DNA of 64,000 nucleotides from a virus (IMGVR_UViG_2623620552_000001:18464-82463); one strand, 5' to 3'. Shown: positions 38,274 to 48,437, counted from the stretch's first letter. Program-made: numbers and translations. The notes: generated by a model from the sequence alone, not told the origin.

Positions 38274-39431
38274 TTACCTCTTCTTTTTCTTTTTCAATGT
38301 ATTCAGAATATACTCCTTACTAACGCTTGCAATAGTGCGAGTATTCTTATTGCTTGCTCTTGTAAAATTGACAAGACATTTGCCAAACTCCTCTGAATTA
38401 ACCGCACCGCTATCCTTGAAAGCCATAGCACGCATGGAGCCACCCCATATCTTATGATTACGAAGAAACTCCGTTCCGCAGCATTCGGCACCGCAACCAT
38501 AACGGCTGCTGATAAGGTTGTCGGCATTGAAGAACTTTACTCCGTGCTTCTTTCCGAGATAGGTATAGGTGGAAAGCATACTACGTTTACTTTCCTCGTT
38601 ATATACCCTATCGCCACTCTCTATCGTTCCATTCTTCTTAAAGTAGCCGAGGACATCATAGCCAAGAGCGTCGCCAATCTTCTTGTAGATTTGCTTCTCC
38701 TTGCCTGATGCGATAACTCTTATCTTCAAGCCTTCCGTTTCAAAGCCCCATGCACCACATTCTTTAAGCATACCAATGAAGCGGTCTGCTACCTTTTCCG
38801 AGTAAGGCAAGATAAAAGGCTGAATACGGACTGTAATACGGAAGCCCATCTCCGATAGTTTCTTAATAGCAGCAAACCTGCGAGAGGGTGATATTGCGCC
38901 ACATTCAATCTGTCGTGCTATATTATCGTCACAGAATGAGCAACTGACATTAAGGGCGATGTTTGAATTCTTAAACTCCTCGGCATAAGAAAGAAATACT
39001 TCGGGGTTCTTGGTGGAAATCTGCACTGGATAGTCAATCTTATCAAACACCTTTAAGCAATCATAGGTGATATGCTCCCATTTCTCTACCACAGGAAAAG
39101 GGTCTGCCGTAGCACCAATCTTTACAGGAATGCGCTCTTTGAAAGCCACTTCGGCTGCTTTGGTGTAGTCATAAGGACTGGCAAGCGTCTTTTCTACCCA
39201 GCGCACAAGCCCTTTCGGGTCATTGCCCTCCAAATATGATTGTTTTCGGTGTTCTTCGCTCTGATTTCTGCGAGTAAACTCAATGAAATCCCTTGCAAAG
39301 CAGAACAAGCAACCATAAGTGCAGCCCCTATAAGTATCGAAATGGAACGGTATCGGACAGACACAGAACTGACTTGTAACACTCGGTGCCCAAAACTTCC
39401 TCTCTATCTTTCTTTCTCTTTCGTCTGCCAT
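38274..39431 (-). CDS. Radical SAM protein (SplB-like)
   Basis: DTYRGCTYGCLFC (CxxxCxxC), G...DPF, STK and RIQP motifs. Confidence 0.85.
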   Translation of the reverse strand: MADERERKIERKFWAPSVTSQFCVCPIPFHFDTYRGCTYGCLFCFARDFIEFTRRNQSEEHRKQSYLEGNDPKGLVRWVEKTLASPYDYTKAAEVAFKERIPVKIGATADPFPVVEKWEHITYDCLKVFDKIDYPVQISTKNPEVFLSYAEEFKNSNIALNVSCSFCDDNIARQIECGAISPSRRFAAIKKLSEMGFRITVRIQPFILPYSEKVADRFIGMLKECGAWGFETEGLKIRVIASGKEKQIYKKIGDALGYDVLGYFKKNGTIESGDRVYNEESKRSMLSTYTYLGKKHGVKFFNADNLISSRYGCGAECCGTEFLRNHKIWGGSMRAMAFKDSGAVNSEEFGKCLVNFTRASNKNTRTIASVSKEYILNTLKKKKKR

Positions 39432-39447
39432 AGCTCTTTTTTTTAAA

Positions 39448-39490
39448 GAGAAAGCGTACCCGAAAGATATGGGTATCAGGCACGCTTTCC
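39448..39490 (-). terminator. Hairpin after portal
   Basis: - strand gaaagcgtgcctga...tcgggtacgctttc followed by tcttt. Confidence 0.5.
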
Positions 39491-39511
39491 AAACTACAGA
39501 TTTTTATATGG

Positions 39512-41005
39512 TTATTCTTCTACTCCGTTACTTGTTCCTCCTATTCCCATAGCTTCTTGTGCCTGTTTGAGTGCTTCGGCTTCCTCTTCTTTAATCTCCT
39601 CTTCAATGAGTGCCGGATCATCATTGATAGGATTAAGAGCGATAGCTCTGCGACGAGAGGTCGTTTGCTTGCCGCCTACGGACTTACTAATAAGCTCCAA
39701 CTCCTCTACCTCATTCTTTGGCATATAGGGCGTAAATACAGGCTCAAAATCCGTTTCATCAGCTACACTCATAGGAATACCACTTTCGATGATTCCTGTA
39801 TTGCATATACCATTGGCAACAATGTTGCTCCGACGGGTAAACATCTCTCCAAAGAGTTCGGTTTCTGTCTGGGCGTCCATGTGAGGGTCGGTAAACATCA
39901 GTCGGATTGCCGCACCACTTGTATTGTTACCAACCTCTTTCATTCGCTCAAAACTGATGTCTGCCGAATGAGTATAAGAATATATCATAGAGAAAAGGTT
40001 AGCAAGTTCACCTGTAACGCTGACGGGGGAGTTATCCCATGACAACATCTTCATATCGGTATCTTTCTCGCCTTGGAAGACAGCGCCCTGCTCTCCTTTC
40101 TCTGCGAAGCCGTTTAGCTTACCTTTGACAAAGTACTTTGGTACTCCGAAGTAATCATTTGTATCTCCCCAGTTGGAGGTCAAATCCTCGGCACGCTCAA
40201 TCTCGGATTGCACATCTTCCCACTTTGCCTGCTCTCTACGGTAGTAGACAATAGGAATCTTTGTAAAGCCGTGCATCTTTGGAGAACCTTCCTGTAGCTT
40301 CCATCCGTTGCTGTCATTAATGAACTGATAGACAAAACGGTCCGTATATACGTCAAAATGCTCTTTAGACACACCCTCTTCGTCATAGACTTTGTACCGA
40401 CGGGCGAATCCGTCCATGTTGTCATAGTCATTGAAATGCGGATAGAGTCTGTCGCCAAGAACAGGAGCAAGCAGCTTGACACGCATCTTGCCTTTTCTAT
40501 TGATAGTTCCATCAGGGTTGGTTTCCATATACCATAATTCGGCGGCTTCCCTCTGACGGAATACTATACGAGCAAGTTTCTTGTCGAAATATCGCATCTT
40601 GTTATGATGATAGACTTTCTTAACTGCGCCAAATAGCGTTTGTTGTTTGTCTGTCGTTTTCTTCAACTCTACACCGTTCTGTGTTATCTTATAATCAGCA
40701 GGTATGCCGAAGAGAAAACCCACAGCTCGCTCTACGATAGATTTCTGTACAGGAATAGCAATGCGAACCCGCTCAACTTTCTTAGTTTTATAAATTGTCT
40801 TACCAGTCTGCGGGTCTTTTTTGTTTGTAGGAACCTGTATTGCTTTCTTTGGACGATAGTTCTCGTCAAAGATTTTGTGTTGTTTGGGGTCGTACTGCGC
40901 CTCTATTTCTTCAAGGGATGTCTTGAAAGGCTTCTTTCTTGCTGTAAGCAGTCGAATGACCTTATCAGGTTCGTTAATATTAACTATTTCTGTAATATTT
41001 CTCAT
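39512..41005 (-). CDS. Portal protein (SPP1 gp6-like)
   Basis: 497 aa; FTKIPIVYY, SGAAIRLMF.D, acidic C-terminus; upstream of MuF. Confidence 0.88.
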   Translation of the reverse strand: MRNITEIVNINEPDKVIRLLTARKKPFKTSLEEIEAQYDPKQHKIFDENYRPKKAIQVPTNKKDPQTGKTIYKTKKVERVRIAIPVQKSIVERAVGFLFGIPADYKITQNGVELKKTTDKQQTLFGAVKKVYHHNKMRYFDKKLARIVFRQREAAELWYMETNPDGTINRKGKMRVKLLAPVLGDRLYPHFNDYDNMDGFARRYKVYDEEGVSKEHFDVYTDRFVYQFINDSNGWKLQEGSPKMHGFTKIPIVYYRREQAKWEDVQSEIERAEDLTSNWGDTNDYFGVPKYFVKGKLNGFAEKGEQGAVFQGEKDTDMKMLSWDNSPVSVTGELANLFSMIYSYTHSADISFERMKEVGNNTSGAAIRLMFTDPHMDAQTETELFGEMFTRRSNIVANGICNTGIIESGIPMSVADETDFEPVFTPYMPKNEVEELELISKSVGGKQTTSRRRAIALNPINDDPALIEEEIKEEEAEALKQAQEAMGIGGTSNGVEE

Positions 41006-41023
41006 AAATTACACGCTTTTTAT

Positions 41024-41083
41024 GCAAAATTAGGTGTTTTAGTGATGTTTTATAAGGTTTTACGTTAGTAGCAATAAACAAGT
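41024..41083 (-). promoter_or_regulatory. Putative late promoter for portal: ACTTGTTTA-N42-TAATTTTGC
   Basis: -7 box at 41024-41032, 9-mer at 41075-41083. Confidence 0.7.
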
Positions 41084-41084
41084 G

Positions 41085-41276
41085 TTACATAAGGCTCTCG
41101 AATAACTGAGACTCATGTTTAAACGATTTCTTTCTTACACCTTTTCTTCTTTCATCTCCCTTGTCATCATCTTCTTTGTCGAAGTTATAGGACGGGATAG
41201 AGCGATTGAGAAGAATGATGTTAAGGTATGAGCGATTAAATACGACCTCTTCGTAACTCATACGGAAATATTTCAT
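41085..41276 (-). CDS. Tail assembly chaperone frameshift extension (lambda gpT-like)
   Basis: Open in the -1 frame from the slippery site at 41363-41372. Confidence 0.7.
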   Translation of the reverse strand: MKYFRMSYEEVVFNRSYLNIILLNRSIPSYNFDKEDDDKGDERRKGVRKKSFKHESQLFESLM

Positions 41277-41725
41277 TACTCCTCCGACTGTTGCCCAAGG
41301 GGAGTCGTTTGCTTCGGCTCTGTCATCGGCTTTGTCTGGTGTAGGAAAATGATAGAGGTTAAGAAAAAATTTGCCGTATATGCTTTTGTTATATGCTCTA
41401 TGACTTTCTGAAAATGTCCTACGGTAAGGCGTTTAAGGATGTATCTTCTAAATATCTTTCGCATCCATCTGTTTCGGAAGGCACAAACGATAAAGATTTC
41501 TTGCATAAGGGGAGCATTTTTATATTTAAGCAACATCTCAGCAATAGTGTTTATTCTAGCATTCACAGACAAGCCTTCGGAGTTTATGTCATTAACAAAC
41601 TCCCCCATTTCAAAGATTTGCCCGAGAGTGATAGGTTTTAAACGTATAGGCAATAGACCAACAGACATCCAAGTAGATTTCTCCGTTAGTGCTGATGCAA
41701 CTTTGCTCTTTTCTTCTGCTGTCAT
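41276..41725 (-). CDS. Tail assembly chaperone (lambda gpG-like)
   Basis: Follows the major tail gene; contains slippery A-AAT-TTT-TTC near its 3' end. Confidence 0.75.
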   Translation of the reverse strand: MTAEEKSKVASALTEKSTWMSVGLLPIRLKPITLGQIFEMGEFVNDINSEGLSVNARINTIAEMLLKYKNAPLMQEIFIVCAFRNRWMRKIFRRYILKRLTVGHFQKVIEHITKAYTANFFLTSIIFLHQTKPMTEPKQTTPLGQQSEE

Positions 41726-41744
41726 AGTTCTTTAATATTAATAA

Positions 41745-41776
41745 GGGTGGAGATTTGTAATGTGTTCTCCACCCTC
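41745..41776 (-). terminator. Hairpin after major tail gene
   Basis: agggtggaga...tctccaccct inverted repeat. Confidence 0.6.
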
Positions 41777-41805
41777 GATTTGTGTATGTACTAACTGTTG
41801 ATTAA

Positions 41806-42360
41806 TTAGTTTGCGTTCACCTTCCAGCGATGACCACTGATAGGCTTGCCGTCTTGGTCTGCGTTCATCTGCTCACGGAACTCCAAATGGAAGTTAGGGA
41901 AGCCAGATTTGCCGATAGTACCAGCACGGGTGACGTTAATCTTCATCTTTGCCCACTGGAAAGTCTTTGCAGGGAAGTCGTCAAGCTTCTTTGTGATAAT
42001 CTGGACGGCTTTGATGAGTTCGCTTGAATTAACAGGCGCATATACCCATCCGTCTGTATTGCCTTCGGTAGGCTTTGTGTACTGGAGAAGAGCAATATAT
42101 GCCTCCTCTGAAAGGTCATAGGTATCCATAGTGAAACCACGGGTATCTACACCATTCTGTAGAGAAGCATAGATGTCGTCGCTATCCTCTACTTCAATGT
42201 CGTTGTCGCCGGCAGCAGAGTCATTGAAACTCAAACTGTCTTTAACAATGGCCTTGAAAGAGAAAGCATCCGCACCATCCCACGAAGTCGGGAAAGCACC
42301 ATTTACTCCAGGATTTGCAAGCGTTACACCTGAAACGCCAAATACTGCTGTCTTTGCCAT
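41806..42360 (-). CDS. Major tail tube protein
   Basis: 184 aa; positioned after the tail terminator and before the chaperones; DIEVED motif. Confidence 0.75.
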   Translation of the reverse strand: MAKTAVFGVSGVTLANPGVNGAFPTSWDGADAFSFKAIVKDSLSFNDSAAGDNDIEVEDSDDIYASLQNGVDTRGFTMDTYDLSEEAYIALLQYTKPTEGNTDGWVYAPVNSSELIKAVQIITKKLDDFPAKTFQWAKMKINVTRAGTIGKSGFPNFHLEFREQMNADQDGKPISGHRWKVNAN

Positions 42361-42366
42361 AATCGT

Positions 42367-42786
42367 CTATCTATTTAAGTTATTAAAAGTCACGTTTAAC
42401 TGAATATTTACATAGTAAGTGCCATCATTGTCAAGGGTTGGGCGGCTATCAGAGAGAAATTCATAATAGGCTTTTGAGAGATACAATGCCTCTGGGTAGA
42501 ATACATCTACTACGGCTTTCGTTATTACGGCAAGCCTCTTGGTAGGAATGTCATTGTTCTTTAGTTTGGGGACGTGAATATTTATATTTACTACCCCCTC
42601 GCCTACTGCGTCTTTGTGAACAAAAGGCAGATGATTGACCGCAATGTATTCTCCGCTGAACTTTTCGGGCTTCTCATACTTATATGCAGTCGGCGCCGTA
42701 GTATTGCTCAAATCAATAACAACCAACGCTTCATTAAGGTATCTTACAACCTCCGTAACTGCCATATCGCCTAACATCACGCTCAT
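42367..42786 (-). CDS. Tail terminator-like protein
   Basis: 139 aa; EYIAVNHL, VNINIHVP; synteny. Confidence 0.65.
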   Translation of the reverse strand: MSVMLGDMAVTEVVRYLNEALVVIDLSNTTAPTAYKYEKPEKFSGEYIAVNHLPFVHKDAVGEGVVNINIHVPKLKNNDIPTKRLAVITKAVVDVFYPEALYLSKAYYEFLSDSRPTLDNDGTYYVNIQLNVTFNNLNR

Positions 42787-42788
42787 AT

Positions 42789-43268
42789 CTAACTACCTTT
42801 TATCTCTTCTATGGTTTCCTCTAATACTTTCCTCATTTCATCTCTTAGGAAGTACTTCGTTAGGTGCAATACATTGTAGCCTTTCTGTTCAACGTGTACA
42901 CCATACTCCATACCTGCTACTATGATAAGGGAATATCCGCTCGGTCTTACAACACCTTCTTCTGAGCAGAACTGCTCTAAGTTGTTAGCCACACCTTTAT
43001 GCTCCTCTGGCGCATTATCAGGTTGCGGAATGTCGCCTACTTGTTGTGTTACCAACTCGCCATCATAGAAAAGAGCGAAAGAGATAGAGTTTTTCAGATT
43101 TGCCGTTCTATCCTTGTAACCCTTGTTGTGTTTTGCGTGAGAAACCGCTTCCTCGGCTAATTGTAGGAGTTTCATGTTAAGGACTCTCTTCATTGCTTCT
43201 TTACGCTCTAAGAGTTTCTGTTGCAATGCCCGTACACCCTCAACCTTAAATTCTGCCTTTATAGCCAT
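42789..43268 (-). CDS. HK97 gp10-like neck protein
   Basis: YKDRTANLKNSI and VAGMEYG.HVE.KGYNVL motifs. Confidence 0.75.
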   Translation of the reverse strand: MAIKAEFKVEGVRALQQKLLERKEAMKRVLNMKLLQLAEEAVSHAKHNKGYKDRTANLKNSISFALFYDGELVTQQVGDIPQPDNAPEEHKGVANNLEQFCSEEGVVRPSGYSLIIVAGMEYGVHVEQKGYNVLHLTKYFLRDEMRKVLEETIEEIKGS

Positions 43269-43591
43269 ATTTTGAGGTAGCGTTTTTTATAAGTAACAAA
43301 CCCTCTCACTTCCATTTCTTTGTCAATAGTACCGTCGGCTTTAACTATCCTAACTCTATCCCCTTCTTTGGGAATATTGCCGTATATCGAAGCCTTTAAC
43401 GGCAAGATAACGTAGTAATTATAGATGTACTCTTGTCCATCGTGAAGATGAATTTTTTGTGCCGAGGAGTTAAAGGAGATAAAGCACTTGGCAAAATCTA
43501 TCCATTCCTCCGTAGGTTCGATAGGGTTATAATCTTCATCATAACCGCCACCGCTTACTTTCAGCACTTTCAGAGTATCTTCAAACGTCAT
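43259..43591 (-). CDS. Head closure/adaptor protein
   Basis: 110 aa; synteny after the head-tail connector. Confidence 0.6.
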   Translation of the reverse strand: MTFEDTLKVLKVSGGGYDEDYNPIEPTEEWIDFAKCFISFNSSAQKIHLHDGQEYIYNYYVILPLKASIYGNIPKEGDRVRIVKADGTIDKEMEVRGFVTYKKRYLKIWL

Positions 43592-43594
43592 ATA

Positions 43595-43942
43595 CTACCA
43601 ACATTTAACTTCTGTAAGATTGTAGTTATCGTCCTCCGCATCGACAAGCGAAGGTGACAAACCAGCAGAAGCAGCAATAGAGGCGATGGCTTGATTGAGT
43701 TTCTGAGTGTCGTAAGTATTGCTAATTACGTCAATCTGTTCTCTTTGCAGCACTTTCATCCTCGCAAGGCAGTACATGGCAGCAAGTGCCACTGTCTGCT
43801 TCATTGATGCCGCAACATATTCATCATCAACACCTGCCTTAACACCAAAGTGGTCGGCACTATCAAGGAATATTTTCTCCAATCCGTTCTCGTCAAGCGA
43901 ATACGGTAGGATTGTTGCTGCTATTGCTTCTCGGTTTGTCAT
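43595..43942 (-). CDS. Head-tail connector protein
   Basis: 115 aa directly after the capsid gene. Confidence 0.6.
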   Translation of the reverse strand: MTNREAIAATILPYSLDENGLEKIFLDSADHFGVKAGVDDEYVAASMKQTVALAAMYCLARMKVLQREQIDVISNTYDTQKLNQAIASIAASAGLSPSLVDAEDDNYNLTEVKCW

Positions 43943-43981
43943 ACTTCTCTTATCTTTACACTAACTTACTTTGACAACATC

Positions 43982-45088
43982 CTACTTTGCAACCTCGTCG
44001 GTTTTGAGGATAAAGTAGTCGTTGATACCGTTGAATACGGGCTGAGCCCACATATCATAGTCGGTATGACGACCTGTGTTATCACGCCAGTAACCTACAA
44101 GGTTATCATCATAAGTAGAGTAAGTCTTGCCAGGCAGCGGATCAACCAACTCCAGCGGGTCTGAAATCTTCATCACAGCCACAGTCGGAGCGCACTGGAA
44201 TACCACGCGGTTGTCAACTGTCATGTTGATGCTCGTTCCGTCTGCGAGAGCGACGAAGCGGTCCGGCTCAATGCTGATAGTCGGCAGAAGAACTGAGCGC
44301 AGATAGATATTCACCTGCTCTACAGAGAGCATAGGAACAGCCTGCTGAACAGTTACCTGTCCGAGGTTCAGACGGAATGTGCTCTTAATCTCGTCAGACT
44401 GACACATATTATAGAATGTATCTTCCGACATACGAACACGCTGGATGGTGCGACCTTTAGACTTTGCATACTTTACAACCTGACGGATGTCAGCAATAGG
44501 AGTAGCATCAGCATCGCCCCACGCTTTACTACCTTTCACGCACTGGAACTTCTTAACGTCAAGGTCAAACTTATAGCTTACGTTAGCCTTTACGTTGTTC
44601 TGACGGCTTACAGTCTGTGTGCCGTTGAACAAGCCCTCAAAATAGAGCATATCAAGACGCTTCTGAGGAGCGATGACAGCCTTTTCAAAAGGACGGAAAG
44701 CAAAGGTAATAAGTTTGTCATACTCGGCGCGATTCTGCTCCTCGGTGTAGTTAGGCCTACGGTTACGGAAACGACCTTCGAGGTAGTTCAACTGCTCGAT
44801 ATAGTCGTTATCCAGTTCCCATTGGTCGCCATAGTGACCGATAGAGCCGAGCAACTCACCAAAGTCGGGCATCTGGTGTACGGGTTTCTCTCCGTTCTTG
44901 GAGATTACCGAACCTGCCAGTGCAGCCTGATACTCTGCCAATGTTGCCTTATACTGCTTGGCTGCCTCATAATCAATCTGATTGATTTCATCCTTCCACA
45001 AAGCCTTGTAAGTGGAGGTTTTCATGTACTCTTGTACGAATGCGTCAAAAGCCTTAGGCTCCTGAATCTGCTTAAGAATTGAATTCAT
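43982..45088 (-). CDS. Major capsid protein (lambda gpE-like)
   Basis: 368 aa; W.DADATPIADI motif; follows scaffold and decoration genes. Confidence 0.82.
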   Translation of the reverse strand: MNSILKQIQEPKAFDAFVQEYMKTSTYKALWKDEINQIDYEAAKQYKATLAEYQAALAGSVISKNGEKPVHQMPDFGELLGSIGHYGDQWELDNDYIEQLNYLEGRFRNRRPNYTEEQNRAEYDKLITFAFRPFEKAVIAPQKRLDMLYFEGLFNGTQTVSRQNNVKANVSYKFDLDVKKFQCVKGSKAWGDADATPIADIRQVVKYAKSKGRTIQRVRMSEDTFYNMCQSDEIKSTFRLNLGQVTVQQAVPMLSVEQVNIYLRSVLLPTISIEPDRFVALADGTSINMTVDNRVVFQCAPTVAVMKISDPLELVDPLPGKTYSTYDDNLVGYWRDNTGRHTDYDMWAQPVFNGINDYFILKTDEVAK

Positions 45089-45105
45089 AGTCTATCCTCC
45101 TTTCC

Positions 45106-45678
45106 TTACTTAATTTTGAACTGATGAAGTGCGCCCAGACCAGCCTTGATGTCGTCGTTAACTGGATAAGGAAGAGTATTTTCCTCAATCTCAAAAGCCT
45201 GGAGAGTGGGCGTTACCTGTGGATAATCGTTATCCTGAAGGTCGGTGGTTTCATAAGCCAGACCGAGGATAATGCCTTTAGCGTTAGCGTCAGCGATAAC
45301 AGCGCCTTGCTCTACTGCTGCTTCAAGTGTCGATACAGTAAGAGTAGATACGCCATCTTCGGTGCTGATAGCAGAGATTGTTGCTCCACCGATAACATCG
45401 CCAACAGCGATAAGGTCATTTGCTTCAATTTTCAAGGTAGTAGCGCCTGCTTCTGCGGCTTCATAGACCTTTGCGGTCTTTACTACCATAGCCATACCGT
45501 TCTCGGTATTGAAAGCGAGAACTGCGCCTTTCGGAAGCCAACGGAAACTTGCGGGCAGGTTAGAGATGTCGAGATCATAGCCACCTTGACGGCGGATACA
45601 ATGCTCTTCCCACCACAGACCTTCCTTAATGCTTGCGGGCTTACCTTTGTGCATAAACATACCATTCTTTGATGCCAT
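45106..45678 (-). CDS. Head decoration protein
   Basis: 190 aa between scaffold and capsid; GGYDLD, VVKTAKV, LPYPV. Confidence 0.7.
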   Translation of the reverse strand: MASKNGMFMHKGKPASIKEGLWWEEHCIRRQGGYDLDISNLPASFRWLPKGAVLAFNTENGMAMVVKTAKVYEAAEAGATTLKIEANDLIAVGDVIGGATISAISTEDGVSTLTVSTLEAAVEQGAVIADANAKGIILGLAYETTDLQDNDYPQVTPTLQAFEIEENTLPYPVNDDIKAGLGALHQFKIK

Positions 45679-45715
45679 AGGAATAATCTTTTAATGTTAA
45701 ACAATACAATCTTTT

Positions 45716-46390
45716 CTATGCTTGGGTCTTTGGAGCATTACGCTCTGAGAATCCTTGCATTGCCGTGACAAAATCATCTGCTTCCGCTTGGGGTGATGAT
45801 GGTGATGGGGCTTCCACAAACTGACCAGACGAAACCATCTCCTGTTTGAAACTAGTAAAGTCTGATTCAATCTGTGTAGCCACAGCGTCAAGGTCTTCCT
45901 CTTTGTCAAGGCTATACTTACCACTGAACGACTTAGGTATGTTCTTTAACTTTTCGTGCCCCATCAGTAAGCCGTTAAGGCGTGCTTTCTCTTGCTGCGC
46001 CAAGAATGGTGCGGTAGCAGCCTTTACAGCGTCGTCAATAGCTTTCTGATTGTCAGCTTTTGACTGTTCTATCAACTTCTGTACTTGCTCAATAGTCAAC
46101 TGACCTTCCGGTGTTGCTGGAGGAGTAGGTGGTACAGGAGGCTCTGCGGGCTTAGGGATATAATCCTTGTACTTGTTCTGAACTTCGGTCGCCTTGCGGT
46201 TACCGACTGATTGCATCATCTCGGCATAGAACTTCGCTCCTTCTACGGCGGTGTTCAATTCCTCGTCGGTTGACTCATCTTTGAGACCGCCAGCGATGTG
46301 TGTTGCCAATTTGTCGAGTTCCTCTGCCTTCAAGCCGAACTTTGCATAGTTTTGCTTAATGGCTGTAAGCGCTCTGTCTTTGATGTTCAT
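45716..46390 (-). CDS. Head scaffolding protein
   Basis: 224 aa, helical with a Pro-rich linker; first gene of the head operon. Confidence 0.7.
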   Translation of the reverse strand: MNIKDRALTAIKQNYAKFGLKAEELDKLATHIAGGLKDESTDEELNTAVEGAKFYAEMMQSVGNRKATEVQNKYKDYIPKPAEPPVPPTPPATPEGQLTIEQVQKLIEQSKADNQKAIDDAVKAATAPFLAQQEKARLNGLLMGHEKLKNIPKSFSGKYSLDKEEDLDAVATQIESDFTSFKQEMVSSGQFVEAPSPSSPQAEADDFVTAMQGFSERNAPKTQA

Positions 46391-46428
46391 ATTACCTTAG
46401 TGTTAAGTGAATAAATATTTTTGTCAAC

Positions 46429-46488
46429 GCAAAGGTAAAATATTATCTTCTTCCTACATATTTAATAATATTATGTGTGTAAACAAGT
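46429..46488 (-). promoter_or_regulatory. Putative late promoter for head operon: ACTTGTTTA-N42-TACCTTTGC
   Basis: -7 box at 46429-46437, 9-mer at 46480-46488. Confidence 0.72.
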
Positions 46489-46499
46489 GCTATACATAA

Positions 46500-46529
46500 T
46501 AAAAAAGCGCCACATTTCTATGCGACGCA
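46500..46529 (-). terminator. Rho-independent terminator
   Basis: - strand gcgtcgcat-agaa-atgtggcgc-tttttt. Confidence 0.7.
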
Positions 46530-46559
46530 ATGAAACTGTTATCCTGTTTTCTTCTTACT

Positions 46560-46760
46560 TTATGTGGACGGCTCGTCTATGATTATCCTTACCGTACCAT
46601 CTTCCTCTTCAACAACTTTAATACTTGTTGCTGCGGGGTAGAACAACCAATAGCGGGCAAGATATTTCTCTGCTACCACTACGTTATTCTCGTCAACATA
46701 CAACTGGCGGTCACCGAGTTGCATCTTCTTGTAGTCGTTTAAATTAATTGTCTTTGCCAT
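46560..46760 (-). CDS. Hypothetical protein
   Basis: 66 aa; third gene of the 47642 operon. Confidence 0.65.
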   Translation of the reverse strand: MAKTINLNDYKKMQLGDRQLYVDENNVVVAEKYLARYWLFYPAATSIKVVEEEDGTVRIIIDEPST

Positions 46761-46767
46761 AATTACT

Positions 46768-47112
46768 TTAACTTAATATCTTTATAATCTTTTTCAAGTA
46801 AGCCTTTGCTTCTCCTGCCTTATGTCCTGTGAACATATCAGCAGAATCGGGGAGCTTATTTAAGATTTCCAAACCTTCCTTGTATGTGCTTACAGGGTGA
46901 CCGAATTTGTACCCGGTGTAGTTAAAGAAGACATTTTCGCTAACACCAATGTTTGATTCTATTTGTGCTTTACTCATAGATGTTCCTTTATTGTAAGAAG
47001 TCTGTCCTCTTAATGCCATTGCCACAGGAGAAGATGGTAATACTCCTGCTGAATTAGCGGCACTCGATTGCGAACTGCCTACATATTTCGTTGTACCCGA
47101 ACCTTTTGCCAT
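46768..47112 (-). CDS. MAKGSG-leader protein 1
   Basis: 114 aa beginning MAKGSGTTKYVGSSQSSAA. Confidence 0.8.
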   Translation of the reverse strand: MAKGSGTTKYVGSSQSSAANSAGVLPSSPVAMALRGQTSYNKGTSMSKAQIESNIGVSENVFFNYTGYKFGHPVSTYKEGLEILNKLPDSADMFTGHKAGEAKAYLKKIIKILS

Positions 47113-47129
47113 AGTTGTTGATATTTATG

Positions 47130-47642
47130 TTACTTCTTCTTAAAGAAAGACGATGAGTTGGCTGTTATATGTTTCGCGCTTACAGAAGAGGAAGAACTGC
47201 TACTGCCACCTCCGAAGAACTTTTGAGGGTTAGACAACCTCTGCTTAGGGTTCTTGCTATATTCATTGATAGCATTCATAACCTTGTCTCTCAGAGTAGA
47301 CATACCAGAAGTGGATATGGTTACTTCATGCACCTGCGACCACAAATCGCCAAATCCAACTTTCTGTATAGAGATTTCGGCTTTAGTATCTGATTGCCCG
47401 TTCATAAATACATTGTATGTACCTGTATCTGTTACCAGACGTCCTTCAAAGAAGCTATGCTCGGGATAACTTCCTTCTTTTGGTATTATCGAATGGGTAA
47501 ATTGAATTCCACCGATATTCACCTTCTCACCGTTTTTAAAGGAATTGAAGTTAGATACAGGGTTGCTTGCTGTATTGGTGGTCCTGCTCGAAGCCGCAGA
47601 ACCGCTTCCAACTGACTTTGTTGTTCCACTACCTTTTGCCAT
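47130..47642 (-). CDS. MAKGSG-leader protein 2
   Basis: 170 aa beginning MAKGSGTTKSVGSGSAASS; late-type promoter (-7 box 47661-47669, variant 9-mer 47712-47720). Confidence 0.8.
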   Translation of the reverse strand: MAKGSGTTKSVGSGSAASSRTTNTASNPVSNFNSFKNGEKVNIGGIQFTHSIIPKEGSYPEHSFFEGRLVTDTGTYNVFMNGQSDTKAEISIQKVGFGDLWSQVHEVTISTSGMSTLRDKVMNAINEYSKNPKQRLSNPQKFFGGGSSSSSSSVSAKHITANSSSFFKKK

Positions 47643-47753
47643 GTTCTTTTCTTTTTAAATGCAAATATACTGCGTTTATACTTTATTATATATAATTATA
47701 CCTCTTCTTTGTAAACTAATGAGAGCGGGCGTTAAAACCCGCTCATTTAACTT

Positions 47754-48395
47754 TTATGCAACCACCTCTGCCGGCACGTCCTCGGGTGAGAAACTTATTA
47801 CATTCTTCTTCGGGATTGAGACCCTTACGGTGACTTTTCTGCCGCTTATCGTCTTTCTTAACTGCTTGCGAGTATAGTCCATATACCTAACAGGGTCGCC
47901 GATAAGTTTTGCGCTCCACATATTCTCCACGGTGAGGTTGCCACTCCTGTCACGTCTGCCTCCCTGTCTTTCCCAAATCCTATCTACTTTCCATTCACCG
48001 ACTTTGATGGTGTCATTGAGGATGTCGCCGTTCTTGGCGAAATGAAGGAATTGCTCAGAAAGAGTTACGGTATACTCCTCGCCCTTTTCCTCTTCTTCGG
48101 TCTGGAAGGAAATCTCTTCCCATCCATAATCGTCGCAATAGTAATACTTCCCGTCAATCTCTACGACATCGCTCATTGAGATAGAGTGTCCTGTGTAACC
48201 TTCAGGCTTTTCGTCTTGAAACTTCATGTAGAGTTGGTCGGGTTCTGAATACTCGCCTTGTGGTTCAAACTCTCCTTCATAAACGAGTTTGTAATCCTCT
48301 AACTTTGGCATGATGTTATGCTCTTTGACAAAACTAAGGCGCATAAACTTTGCGACGTGCCCTACTGGCAACTGATAAACTCTAAAATTCTTCAT
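47754..48395 (-). CDS. YodL-like domain protein
   Basis: YKLVYEG...P.GY.GHSISMSDVV......YYCD..GW; early leader upstream. Confidence 0.75.
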   Translation of the reverse strand: MKNFRVYQLPVGHVAKFMRLSFVKEHNIMPKLEDYKLVYEGEFEPQGEYSEPDQLYMKFQDEKPEGYTGHSISMSDVVEIDGKYYYCDDYGWEEISFQTEEEEKGEEYTVTLSEQFLHFAKNGDILNDTIKVGEWKVDRIWERQGGRRDRSGNLTVENMWSAKLIGDPVRYMDYTRKQLRKTISGRKVTVRVSIPKKNVISFSPEDVPAEVVA

Positions 48396-48437
48396 TGCTG
48401 TATCTCCTATTTATTTATTGTTAAACTAAATTCTTGC

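Noticed and set aside
27799-45088. Genome-wide TAG recoding
   Set aside because: TAG ends several genes at sensible boundaries (1323, 42367, 43595, 43982), and long ORFs are intact in the standard code; only one split gene was seen.
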